From the IMG/VR virus record IMGVR_UViG_3300024232_000024, positions 1 to 42,759 of that record: a stretch of DNA of 42,759 bases; one strand, written 5' to 3'. The position numbers and the translations under genes are program-made. Numbering within the stretch: the first letter of the stretch is position 1; every line of letters starts with the position of its first letter. Positions 24,505-33,174 of this stretch are shown piece after piece. The notes beneath the pieces were generated by a model, which worked only from the letters and a program-made list of their open reading frames with translations, was not told where the DNA came from and did not search any database. This DNA is from a virus. Its lineage: Duplodnaviria; Caudoviricetes.

Positions 24505-25301
24505 TGCTGACACCAGCGCAAATGGCGGCGAGAGAAGGAAAAGTAACGGCTTCGTTCCTGCCGAAGCTGATGTCGGGCGACGAGGCCGCAATCCTCAACG
24601 AATGGCGCCGCCTCGTCGGCGATCCCGCCTACGTGCCGCTCGACCTCGACAATGTCTGGGCCGTTCAATTCGGGTCATTCGTCGAGACGTTCGCCCTCGA
24701 CTGGCATCAGCGCAAGACTGGCCGGCCCATCGAAGGTCGCGGCCAGTCCCTCACTGATCCGAAGCGCCCCTATGTAGCCTGCACGCTCGACGGCTTCCGG
24801 CCCGACGACAGCACCGTCATCGACTGCAAGGCCCCAGGTGCGCATCGCAAGCTCGACGACGTGCTCGCCCTTTACGTCCCGCAAATGATCATCCAGCGCT
24901 CTTGCAAAGGTGCCGCCAAGGCCGCCCTGCTCGTCGTTCACGGCGGGGCCGAGCCGGTCGAGTACCCGATCGACATTCCGGCCGACTACGAGGCCGCCGT
25001 CTGGCAGCGCGTCGATGCCTTCTGGCGCTGCGTCGAGGATCTGCGCCCGCCTTTCAGCGTGCCGCCCATCCCGCCGCCGGTAAAAGCCGAACGCATCTAT
25101 GACCTGAGCACGTCGAATTCCTGGTGCGACAGCGCCGCCTCCTGGCTCGCTAATGCGCCCGCCAAGAAGCTCGCAATAATCGCCGAGGCTACGTTGAAAG
25201 AGCTCGTGCCGCCGGACGCCGCCAAGTGCCATGGGGCGGGCGTCGTCATTTCAAGAAACAGGGCGGGCAGTCTGTCGCTGCGCGCAGGAGAAACATCATG
25301 A
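24504..25301 (+). CDS. YqaJ-like / lambda-exonuclease family recombination nuclease
   Basis: R...VTAS, G...E, ACTLDG, VIDCK, YVPQM..Q motifs; upstream of Bet. Confidence 0.8.
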   Translation: MLTPAQMAAREGKVTASFLPKLMSGDEAAILNEWRRLVGDPAYVPLDLDNVWAVQFGSFVETFALDWHQRKTGRPIEGRGQSLTDPKRPYVACTLDGFRPDDSTVIDCKAPGAHRKLDDVLALYVPQMIIQRSCKGAAKAALLVVHGGAEPVEYPIDIPADYEAAVWQRVDAFWRCVEDLRPPFSVPPIPPPVKAERIYDLSTSNSWCDSAASWLANAPAKKLAIIAEATLKELVPPDAAKCHGAGVVISRNRAGSLSLRAGETS

Positions 25302-26431
25302 ACACGCCCGCCATCCGTAAGACCGCCGACATCGCCGGCTACGCACCCGACCAGGTCGACCTCATCAAGCGCACCATTGCCAAAGGCGCGACCGACGACG
25401 AGCTCCGACTGTTCCTCTACCAGGCCAAGCGAACCGGCCTCGATCCGCTCGCCCGGCAGATCTACGCCGTCAAGCGCTCCCAGTGGAACAAAGACACCAA
25501 GACCTATGTGGACATCATGTCGATCCAGGTGTCGATCGACGGCTTCCGTCTCGTCGCCGAACGCACCGGCAAATATGCGGGACAGCTCGGCCCTTTCTGG
25601 TGCGGTGAAGACGGCGAATGGCGCGATGTCTGGGTCGCCGCCGGCCCGCCTTCGGCCGCACGCGTCGGCGTGCTCCGCTCCGACTTCAAAGAGCCTCTAT
25701 GGGGCGTGGCGCGCTTCGACAGCTATGCCCAGCGCGGCAAGGACGGCAACCCGACGCGCATGTGGCTGACTATGTCCGACGTGATGACGGCTAAATGTGC
25801 CGAGGCTCTCGCTCTGCGCCGGGCGTTTCCGCAGGAGCTTAGCGGCCTCTATACTGGGGATGAAATGTCTCAGGCCGAGACCGCGCCCGAGCGCTCCGCG
25901 CCAGTCCCCGCCCCGGTCGAGCTCGCCGCGCCCGCCCCGCTCGACCACGACCCCGACACGGGCGAAATCGGCCCGCGCATTCTCCTGCCGCTAAAGACCG
26001 CCACCGGAACTTTCAATTGGATACGATGGGGCCAGGACTTTATCGCCGGCATCCAGTCCGCGCAGTCCGTCGCCGAACTCGACGAGTGGAGCAACCTGAA
26101 CACCGATCGGCTCGTCGAGATGAACAAGGCGGCCCCGCGCGCCTACGGCAGCGTCGTCAAGGCGCTCGCCGTCATGGCCGAGAAGCTCGCGCCGCCCACC
26201 ACGGATTCCGCCGGGATACCGCGCCTGCCGCCGAAGGAGAGCCAGCAGATCCGCCGCGCCCTCGTTAAGAAGTTGGCCGAATGCCACACGCTCGCCGACG
26301 TCGAGGCTTGGCGCACCGCATCGGCCGATGGCATCGCCTCCCTACAGGACGACGACCGGGCCGGCGTCGAGGAATGGGCCAAGACGCGCATCGAGCAGCT
26401 CACCGAGGTCGCCGAGACGGTGGGACAATGA
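25298..26431 (+). CDS. bet: phage recombination protein Bet (single-strand annealing)
   Basis: LIKRTIAKGATDDEL.LF...TGLDPLARQIY...QVSIDGFR..A.RTG.YAG...M.AKCAEALALRRAFP..LSGLYT.DEM; CAGGAG RBS. Confidence 0.9.
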   Translation: MNTPAIRKTADIAGYAPDQVDLIKRTIAKGATDDELRLFLYQAKRTGLDPLARQIYAVKRSQWNKDTKTYVDIMSIQVSIDGFRLVAERTGKYAGQLGPFWCGEDGEWRDVWVAAGPPSAARVGVLRSDFKEPLWGVARFDSYAQRGKDGNPTRMWLTMSDVMTAKCAEALALRRAFPQELSGLYTGDEMSQAETAPERSAPVPAPVELAAPAPLDHDPDTGEIGPRILLPLKTATGTFNWIRWGQDFIAGIQSAQSVAELDEWSNLNTDRLVEMNKAAPRAYGSVVKALAVMAEKLAPPTTDSAGIPRLPPKESQQIRRALVKKLAECHTLADVEAWRTASADGIASLQDDDRAGVEEWAKTRIEQLTEVAETVGQ

Positions 26432-26844
26432 AGCGCAATCCGCCCATCTTCGCCAAGCAGCGCGGGCGCCTCGTGCCGGCCGGTGCCTTCGATGCCGAGC
26501 GCTTCGATGGCTTCGCGGACGGCACCGAGTTCGACCTCGTCGCCAGAACCCGTCGCAGCAACCGCCAGCAAAATGCATATTGGATGGCGCTCCATCACAT
26601 CGTCGAGGCGACCGGCCGCTGGCCCAACGCCGAGACGCTTCATGACGCGCTACGCCGCGACCTCGGCTACATCCACGTCCAGCGTGACCTTGCCGGCGAG
26701 CCTTACCTGGCCGTCGATAGCACGGCGTTCGACGCCATGAAGCCGGACGAGTTCTCGGCCTATTTCGAGCAGGCTATCGCGCGCCTGGCCGACGTGACCG
26801 GCATCGATCCGATTGCATTCCTCGACGAGCGGAGAGCCGCATGA
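26428..26844 (+). CDS. DUF1367/NinB-like recombination accessory protein
   Basis: RSNRQQNAYW...LHDALR...G...STAFDAM..DEF..YFE.A. Confidence 0.6.
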   Translation: MKRNPPIFAKQRGRLVPAGAFDAERFDGFADGTEFDLVARTRRSNRQQNAYWMALHHIVEATGRWPNAETLHDALRRDLGYIHVQRDLAGEPYLAVDSTAFDAMKPDEFSAYFEQAIARLADVTGIDPIAFLDERRAA

Positions 26845-27383
26845 GTGAACCAGATCACATCTACCTCGGGAACCCCTGCAAGTACCATCACGACGGCCGC
26901 CGTTATAAGGCAACCCGCGCCTGTGTCGAGTGTCAGAGATCGCGCTTCACGCAAGGCCGCAATGCCGCGAACCCACCATTGGCGGAGTGGCTGGCAGCGC
27001 AGGGTACCGAAGGCTGGCGCGACATCCCGGGATATGAAGGCCGTTACCAAGCTCACCCGGACGGGCTGGTGCGCTCTTTGCCGCGGCCGAAATCAAGAGG
27101 CGGCCTTCTTCGTCAGAGATCGGCCATCGGCGGCTACCGGCGCGTCGGGTTTGCCGGTGATGGCGAACTCGGCCCCAGCCCACTCGTCCACAAGATTATC
27201 ATGCTCACTTTCGTCGGCCCGAGACCTCCAGGACTAGAGGTCGGTCACTATAATGGTGACGCCGCCGACAACCGATTGAGCAATTTGGCCTACATCACGA
27301 AGAAGGACAACGAAGCCGACAAGGTGCGCCACGGGACAAGCCGGCCGCGTCAGAAGAGCGAGGCATCTCATGTCGCGCGTTGA
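26841..27383 (+). CDS. NUMOD4-HNH homing endonuclease
   Basis: WRDIPGYEGRYQ...G.VRS (NUMOD4); VHKII..TFVGPRP.G.EV.H.NGD..DNRLSNL (HNH). Confidence 0.85.
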   Translation: MSEPDHIYLGNPCKYHHDGRRYKATRACVECQRSRFTQGRNAANPPLAEWLAAQGTEGWRDIPGYEGRYQAHPDGLVRSLPRPKSRGGLLRQRSAIGGYRRVGFAGDGELGPSPLVHKIIMLTFVGPRPPGLEVGHYNGDAADNRLSNLAYITKKDNEADKVRHGTSRPRQKSEASHVAR

Positions 27384-27834
27384 GGATCTGGAAAAGCGAT
27401 GCGCCGAGCTTGAGGCTCTGAGCGCTCCCGCAATCCAGCGGCATTACATGCGCGGATACAATGCCGCCAATGCTCGGCGACGACGTTACTACGTCGCCGA
27501 ACGGGACACGCTCAGTCGCATTATCGACACGCAGGGTGCCGACAACCGACGTTTGGAGGCCGAGCGGGACGAGCTGCGCGGCGAACTAGCACTGGTGCGT
27601 CTAGCGTACGCTAGTGTCATAACCGAGCGGGACAGGCTCAAGGCGGCGCACGAGCAGGCTTACAAGGACTGGGAAGCTGCCGCTTTCAAAGGCGAGATGG
27701 CGGCCAGAGAGGCCGAGCGAGAAGCGTGCGCGAAGATTGCCGAGCATGAGGCCGAGGTGAACCATGCGGAGGGACGCTACATCGCCGACATCATCCGCGC
27801 CCGCGCCGCCCTCTCTGGTGAGGGAGTGACATAG
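27370..27834 (+). CDS. coiled-coil hypothetical protein
   Basis: AERD repeats and EREACAKIAE...IADIIRAR motif. Confidence 0.65.
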   Translation: MSRVEDLEKRCAELEALSAPAIQRHYMRGYNAANARRRRYYVAERDTLSRIIDTQGADNRRLEAERDELRGELALVRLAYASVITERDRLKAAHEQAYKDWEAAAFKGEMAAREAEREACAKIAEHEAEVNHAEGRYIADIIRARAALSGEGVT

Positions 27835-28194
27835 GTGCCGGTGACGCCGGAAGCCTTTGCGAAAGAGCGCGGGTTTTCCCCACGCCGGGTGCGCCAGCTC
27901 GCCCGCGAACTTGGCGCATGCCGCATTCTCGGCAATAGAATGAGCCTCGAGGACGAGGACGTGCGAGCACTCTTGGAGGCGCTGAAGCCATGCCCCTCAC
28001 CATCTTCCGCCGCGGTAAGACCTGGCACTACCGGGGCACCGTCAACCGACACAGGCTTCGAGGAAGCACTCGAACTACTGACAAAGAGCGAGCGGCGCGC
28101 ATCGCCGCGGAGCTCGAGGCGCGGGAGTGGAAACGTCATCTCGATGGGCCGGCCGCGGTCCTCCGGTTCAGTGACGCGGCCGCGCTCTACGTGA
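27835..28194 (+). CDS. probable excisionase-like DNA-binding protein
   Basis: TPEAFAKERGFSPRRVRQLARELG HTH; overlaps the 5' end of the integrase, a common xis-int layout. Confidence 0.55.
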   Translation: MPVTPEAFAKERGFSPRRVRQLARELGACRILGNRMSLEDEDVRALLEALKPCPSPSSAAVRPGTTGAPSTDTGFEEALELLTKSERRASPRSSRRGSGNVISMGRPRSSGSVTRPRST

Positions 28195-28982
28195 AGGCCC
28201 GCAAACCAACCCGCTTCCTGCGGCCCTTGCTCATCTATTGGAAAGAGACGCCCGTCTCGCAGATCACCGCGGGAGCCGTCCGCCAGGCTGCACTCACGAT
28301 CTATCCCGACGCGAGCGCGGCCACCCGGAACCGAGCCGTCATCACTGTGACGGCAGCAGTCATCAACCACGCGGCGGAGGAACATGAGCTATGCCAACGG
28401 ATCAGGGTGAAGCGGTTCCCGACCGAGAAAAAGCAGAAGACGCCGACGACGTGGACGTGGGTGGCGGCTTTCATGTCTGTTACACCCCCGCGGTTAGGGA
28501 CGCTCGCGTGCTTCATGTTTCTCACCGGGGCACGTATATCGGAAGCGTTATCGTTAAGATGGACAGAGGTGAATATTGCTGGTGGGACGGTGCTGATCCG
28601 CCAGACAAAGACGCAGGAAGAACGGCGCGCACACTTGCCGACCATCCTCGTCGCAGCCCTCGCAAACATCCCCGGCCCGCGTGAAGGCAAGGTCTTCGGC
28701 TACCGCACCCTCCAATCCTGCTACCACTCCTGGCGCCGCGCGTGCGTGCGTGCCGGCATCGAGGTGCTGAGCTTCCACAGCTGCCGTCACGGCTTCGCCA
28801 CGCAGCTTCTACGCAGCGGCGTGGACGTGGTGACGGTCGCCAAGCTCGGCGGATGGCGCAGCGCAGTCCAGGTGCTCGCCACGTATGGGCACGCGATGGA
28901 TGACCTGACCTTGACGGATCGGCTGGTTGACACACAGCGAACACCATCTGTGCCACCGAGGCCGAAAGTAATAGGCGAATGA
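27990..28982 (+). CDS. int: tyrosine recombinase / phage integrase
   Basis: TGARISEA (R), KT (K), FHSCRHGFAT (HxxR), LGGW, YGH (Y). Confidence 0.93.
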   Translation: MPLTIFRRGKTWHYRGTVNRHRLRGSTRTTDKERAARIAAELEAREWKRHLDGPAAVLRFSDAAALYVKARKPTRFLRPLLIYWKETPVSQITAGAVRQAALTIYPDASAATRNRAVITVTAAVINHAAEEHELCQRIRVKRFPTEKKQKTPTTWTWVAAFMSVTPPRLGTLACFMFLTGARISEALSLRWTEVNIAGGTVLIRQTKTQEERRAHLPTILVAALANIPGPREGKVFGYRTLQSCYHSWRRACVRAGIEVLSFHSCRHGFATQLLRSGVDVVTVAKLGGWRSAVQVLATYGHAMDDLTLTDRLVDTQRTPSVPPRPKVIGE

Positions 28983-29143
28983 ACTACTTAGCAATATGGG
29001 CTATGTCCTCGTTGAAGACGCCGCCGCCTAACGGAATGGCTCAATTCCGCGCAGAATTCCGCCGTATGCCCTGCAGGATGACGCAGGTTCGCCCGTGAAC
29101 GTGACGAGAACAGCAGACACAAGCGACGCATTCCTGACACAGC
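28929..29143. other. candidate attP region
   Basis: Non-coding gap after int; GACACA(C/A)AGC-like repeats at 28929, 29116, 29136 could be arm sites; core not identifiable. Confidence 0.35.
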
Positions 29144-29163
29144 AATATTCACGAGACGTTCCC

Positions 29164-29388
29164 ATGACCGACAAGCCCCCCATCGCCGCCCTGCTCGCCA
29201 GCGGCCGCATGGAATTCGAGACGCCCTTCGGCTGGAGCCCCGCCGACCTCGGTCTCCGCGGCGAGGTCATTGAGGCCGCCCTCGCCATCAGCCCGGCCGA
29301 GACGCTGCACGACGCGCTGCTCGCCGGCGGGCGCGTGGTGTTCAGGGACGACGCCCTCGACCTGGTCGTGCGCTGGTCGCCGGAGTGA
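29164..29388 (+). CDS. hypothetical protein
   Basis: MTDKPPIAALLASG...; stop overlaps next start. Confidence 0.55.
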   Translation: MTDKPPIAALLASGRMEFETPFGWSPADLGLRGEVIEAALAISPAETLHDALLAGGRVVFRDDALDLVVRWSPE

Positions 29389-29828
29389 CGATGCGCGCCC
29401 TCGCCCTCCTCGCCCTGCTCCCGCTCACGGCCCACGCCGCCGAGATATCGACGTGCAAAGTCTATGCGAACCGCGGCAGCGCCTTCGCCCTGCGGCAACT
29501 GCTCGGCCTGCCATTTGTCGATGACGCCGCCGGCAAGTTTCTGTTTAGGAAAGCGTATAGCTACTGCGTACTGCAGGATGAGATGCCGACACTGAACTTC
29601 ACGGCCGAAGAGCAGCCGATCGTTGACGGCTTGCCACCACCAGCGCCGCCGGCACGCCCCGGATCGGTCCCGGCGACCGACCCCGCTGATACTCCTGTGG
29701 ACGCCCCAGTCACGCCCAAGGCCAAGCGGGTCACGGCGACCAAAACCGCCAGCGCCGACCAGCCGCTATGCACGAGCCACCACATGCGCACCGTCTATCA
29801 CGGCAGGAGCTGGAATTGCCGCAAGTGA
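29385..29828 (+). CDS. secreted Cys-containing protein
   Basis: Signal peptide MRALALLALLPLTAHA; C-terminal CTSHHMRTVYHGRSWNCRK after a Pro-rich linker. Confidence 0.65.
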   Translation: MTMRALALLALLPLTAHAAEISTCKVYANRGSAFALRQLLGLPFVDDAAGKFLFRKAYSYCVLQDEMPTLNFTAEEQPIVDGLPPPAPPARPGSVPATDPADTPVDAPVTPKAKRVTATKTASADQPLCTSHHMRTVYHGRSWNCRK

Positions 29829-29930
29829 TCAGGCCGTGGATCAGCCAGCACCAGGCTTACGCGCTCCTGCACGAGCTCGCCGAGGCCCACCTCGAAATTT
29901 CGCTGCTCAGAGCCGCCATAAGGACAGACC

Positions 29931-30476
29931 ATGAAACGCGAATTGCTGCTCGGCGCGGGCCGGAATCTCACCAAGAAGATCACGATCGCCGGCTCGAGCG
30001 AATGGTCGAACCTGACGACGCTCGACTTTAACCGGGACCACGCGCCCGACATCTATTGGAACCTCGAGGACATCCCCTACGGCTTTGCGGCGGATAACGA
30101 GTACGACGAGATCCACGCCTACGAGGTGCTCGAGCATACGGGCGCGCAGGGCGACTGGCGGTTCTTCTTTGCGCAGTGGAGTGAATTTTGGAGGATGCTG
30201 AAGCCCGGCGGCTTCTTCGCGGGGACATGCCCGGCGAGGGATAGCGTCTGGGCATGGGGCGACCCCAGCCACTCGCGGGTCATCCAGCCGGAAAGCCTGG
30301 TCTTCCTGTGCCAGCCAAAATACGCGCAAGTCGGCGTTACTCCGATGTCGGACTTTCGTTTCGTCTACCGCGCCGACTACGACATCCTCCACGCCGAGAT
30401 CCGCGACGGCACGTTCGTCTTCGTCCTGCAGGCCATCAAGCCCAGCCGGGTTTCTCCGCCTTCTGCAGCGCAATGA
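29931..30476 (+). CDS. class I SAM-dependent methyltransferase-like protein
   Basis: LLLGAGR (motif I), TLD, YDEIHAYEVLEH, EFWRMLKPGG, AWGDPSH. Confidence 0.75.
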   Translation: MKRELLLGAGRNLTKKITIAGSSEWSNLTTLDFNRDHAPDIYWNLEDIPYGFAADNEYDEIHAYEVLEHTGAQGDWRFFFAQWSEFWRMLKPGGFFAGTCPARDSVWAWGDPSHSRVIQPESLVFLCQPKYAQVGVTPMSDFRFVYRADYDILHAEIRDGTFVFVLQAIKPSRVSPPSAAQ

Positions 30477-31017
30477 GGAATTCGCCGTGATACGACGCTA
30501 TGAGGGTGTCTTGATCGTGCCCATTAACGATTTCACGCGCACCAATGGGATCGTCGGTGTCTTCATTAAAATACTGACCCAGCATGCGCCCCGTGAAAAG
30601 CCCTTCCGCCATTCCACGGCTCATAATGCGGGCCGCTATCAAGCTATCCAGAGCCATTTCAGGATGGGAAACCAAATCGCGCTCATCAATAAGCCCTAGC
30701 ATGGAACTGGCGCGCCGGTAATTGTCCTCCCAAGTAAGCATGACCAAACCTCTGCCTATATATGGCCAATATTCCTTGCTCTGCAGATATTCTTGTGACC
30801 CGTACTCGGTAATTGCCCACATCTTGGTCGCGCATTCATGATAAACTGTGGCGAGCATATAGGCGAGCCAACGGATATCGGTCATGGGCGTTCCGAGATA
30901 TTGCCCCTCCCAAAGACCAAGCAGAACCTGTTGCCCATCAACCTGTATTTGACTGAGAGCGCCAGAGAACAAGCTGTCGCGGACGGAATTAAAGTAGGTT
31001 TCGCGGTCGAACCTCAT
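30436..31017 (-). CDS. glycoside hydrolase family 19 endolysin
   Basis: LAYMLATVYHEC...ITEYG...YIGRGLVMLTWEDNY...FTG..L..YF...GAREIVNG.D. Confidence 0.85.
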   Translation of the reverse strand: MRFDRETYFNSVRDSLFSGALSQIQVDGQQVLLGLWEGQYLGTPMTDIRWLAYMLATVYHECATKMWAITEYGSQEYLQSKEYWPYIGRGLVMLTWEDNYRRASSMLGLIDERDLVSHPEMALDSLIAARIMSRGMAEGLFTGRMLGQYFNEDTDDPIGAREIVNGHDQDTLIASYHGEFLIALQKAEKPGWA

Positions 31018-31102
31018 CACGCCTCCTGCTAAAATGCGCAACGGGCCAGCGCGTCAACGCCAGCCCGCCACTTGACACCACCGCTCACTGGAGGAGCAGG
31101 CA

Positions 31103-31609
31103 ATGCCCAATTTCATCGATATCACAGACCAGCGTTTTGGTCGTCTAACTGTCATTCGACGGGCGGGCTACGGCTCTCATCACCACATTCAATGGCTTTG
31201 CCGTTGCGACTGCGGCACTGAAAAAGTCATCGCGGGCAGTCACCTCAGAGGTGGAGCAATACAGTCTTGCGGCTGCTTCATGATGGAGCGGAGAAATGCG
31301 GCCAACACTCGCCATGGGCATGCTAGAGCCGGCAAACGTTCCAAGATGTTTCAAGCTTGGTGCGGGATGCGGGCGAGATGCACCAACCCCAAAAATAGGT
31401 TCTGGAAGTCCTACGGCGGACGTGGGATCAAGGTTTGCGACCGATGGCAGGGGCCGGACGGCTTCAGCAATTTCCTAGCCGACATGGGTGAACGACCGGA
31501 AGGGATGACGTTGGATCGCATCGACAATGACGGTGACTACACGCCCGGCAATTGCCGCTGGGCAACTCCACATGAGCAACGAATGAACCAACGTCCACGA
31601 ACGAAATAG
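31103..31609 (+). CDS. HNH-family homing endonuclease (inverted relative to late operon)
   Basis: DITDQRFGRLTVI...WLCRCDCG...SCGC...M..RC.NP...YGGRGIKVCDRW...TLDRIDNDGDYTPGNCRWAT. Confidence 0.85.
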   Translation: MPNFIDITDQRFGRLTVIRRAGYGSHHHIQWLCRCDCGTEKVIAGSHLRGGAIQSCGCFMMERRNAANTRHGHARAGKRSKMFQAWCGMRARCTNPKNRFWKSYGGRGIKVCDRWQGPDGFSNFLADMGERPEGMTLDRIDNDGDYTPGNCRWATPHEQRMNQRPRTK

Positions 31610-31664
31610 CCCTACCGCGCGTTTCTCTTGCGCTAGGGAATTCACCCCCAAAGGAGCCACGCCC

Positions 31665-31823
31665 ATGGGCAAGGCCACATATCAGTCCCAGCAAGTAGAA
31701 ATCGTGAGACCTGCCAAGCAAGGCGACAAGGACTTCAACGTCCAGCATGGTGAGCAGGTCATCATCAAGCTCAAGGACGGCACCGAGCGGACCGTCCCGA
31801 AGGCCGAAGTCACCGAGGCCTAA
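31665..31823 (+). CDS. small hypothetical protein (52 aa)
   Basis: Manual translation MGKATYQSQQVEIVRPAKQGDKDFNVQHGEQVIIKLKDGTERTVPKAEVTEA; AAGGAG RBS. Confidence 0.65.
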   Translation: MGKATYQSQQVEIVRPAKQGDKDFNVQHGEQVIIKLKDGTERTVPKAEVTEA

Positions 31824-32140
31824 GGCTCGTCCTTGGACGGCACCGGGAAGGCCGGCAACGGCTTATATGACGGTGCCATCCCGGCGATGACCGCGTCGAG
31901 GTGTGAGACCTGGCGGTCGTAGTTGCGTTCCAGGTCGCGCAGTTCCAGCCGCAACGTCAACACATTTGCCTTCAGCGTCGCAATTGCCTCGGCGTTGTTG
32001 GTGGCGCGATTTTCAAAGTGTGTCCAGGCCGCGACCAATCCCGCGAAGGCCCCCAGCGCCGTGATGACCGAAGTCATCGAGAATGTGCTCGGCAGATGGA
32101 ACCGCCCGTTGGGCCGACCTGGGGCAGCGGTCAAGATCAC
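31820..32140 (-). CDS. single-TM plus coiled-coil protein, possible lysis accessory
   Basis: SVITALGAFAGLVAAW TM followed by heptads; last late gene before the lysin. Confidence 0.45.
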   Translation of the reverse strand: MILTAAPGRPNGRFHLPSTFSMTSVITALGAFAGLVAAWTHFENRATNNAEAIATLKANVLTLRLELRDLERNYDRQVSHLDAVIAGMAPSYKPLPAFPVPSKDEP

Positions 32141-32424
32141 CCGCCATTGTCGAGCGAGGACATAAACGTCGCGAGGCCGCCGGGGTCGTCCCCGTCGAGC
32201 AGTGTCTTGATCGACCGGCTCATGTCCCAGTAAGCCTGCCCCTCGCCGATCGCCGCCCCGAAGTCGCCGCCCTCGAGCGCGGTCGTGTCGGTGCCGGCAT
32301 TGCTCGCCACATCCGCTGCGGCAATGACGCGGTCAAGCGTTTCCCGTCCTCGGATCAGGGCATTGATCGCCTCGGCGAGCAGCTTGCCGTGAACGCTTTC
32401 GGCACTGTAGGTGACGCGGGCCAT
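32137..32424 (-). CDS. hypothetical protein
   Basis: GGAG RBS; packed operon. Confidence 0.6.
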   Translation of the reverse strand: MARVTYSAESVHGKLLAEAINALIRGRETLDRVIAAADVASNAGTDTTALEGGDFGAAIGEGQAYWDMSRSIKTLLDGDDPGGLATFMSSLDNGG

Positions 32425-32425
32425 G

Positions 32426-32749
32426 TCATTCTCCGATCGTGTGAAGCAGGATCAGCGCCCCGACCTGGTCGCCAGCCCGCGCCAATGCCTCGGCGCGCCG
32501 GCGGATGAGCGCATTGTAATTCCGGCCCGGTATAGTCAGATCGACCGGCGCGAGATGCCCGAGGCCGATGTCGTTGAGCGTCCGGCTGAGCTCGTCCTCG
32601 GACACGACCTCGATCGTCTCGTGGCCCGCCTCGAGCCACGCCTGGTAGGCCGGATCGTCCACCGGCACGTAGGCCACCTGCGCGCTCGACCAGACCTGCG
32701 TCGTAGCGCCCGCCACGAACCAGAAACTATCTTCAGCCGGTATTGCCAT
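32426..32749 (-). CDS. hypothetical, possibly fibre-associated/chaperone protein
   Basis: W.V.G...VWSSA..AYVP.DDPAY.AWL.AG motif; follows a fibre-tip-like gene. Confidence 0.5.
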   Translation of the reverse strand: MAIPAEDSFWFVAGATTQVWSSAQVAYVPVDDPAYQAWLEAGHETIEVVSEDELSRTLNDIGLGHLAPVDLTIPGRNYNALIRRRAEALARAGDQVGALILLHTIGE

Positions 32750-33165
32750 CAGGCAGCCTCGTATGTAGTAAAGACAACCAATCTATAGCCGCTACCGCCA
32801 GGATAACCGCCACCACTGGTCTGGATGTTTATTAAAGTCCCTGAAGACAACGATCCCGCCAACCCAAAGCCAGCCATCTGCACCTCGCGCCCGGATACAG
32901 CCACGTCCCCCTGCGGCGTCACTGGAAGATTTACGGTCACGTAACCTCCTGCAGTGCCATTAGTGGTGATGATCACGACGATATTGACGCACACAAGTTT
33001 ACCCATGCGCAGATATCGCCCGGCAGAGCTTGCCGTCGTGAAGCTGCCGCCGCCGGCAGTGAGGCCCGGATTGTAGGCCGTCCAGGCCGCCGCCACCCCG
33101 CTCGCGGCCACCGCGTCGAGGTCCGCGTCCTTCTTCTGATAGCGACGGAGCTGGAGGATGGTCAC
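32749..33165 (-). CDS. stand-alone tail-fibre tip-like domain protein
   Basis: AWTAYNP...GRY.RMGKLV.V.I...TNGTAGG...LPV...GRE...YPGGSG...YEAA; paralogous to the C-terminus of 40980-41783. Confidence 0.6.
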   Translation of the reverse strand: MTILQLRRYQKKDADLDAVAASGVAAAWTAYNPGLTAGGGSFTTASSAGRYLRMGKLVCVNIVVIITTNGTAGGYVTVNLPVTPQGDVAVSGREVQMAGFGLAGSLSSGTLINIQTSGGGYPGGSGYRLVVFTTYEAA

Positions 33166-33174
33166 GGCGCGCGT

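Noticed and set aside
28983-29163. tRNA or tmRNA fragment at attP
   Set aside because: No T-arm GTTCGA.TC or CCA-end pattern recognisable; no tRNA genes seen elsewhere in the window
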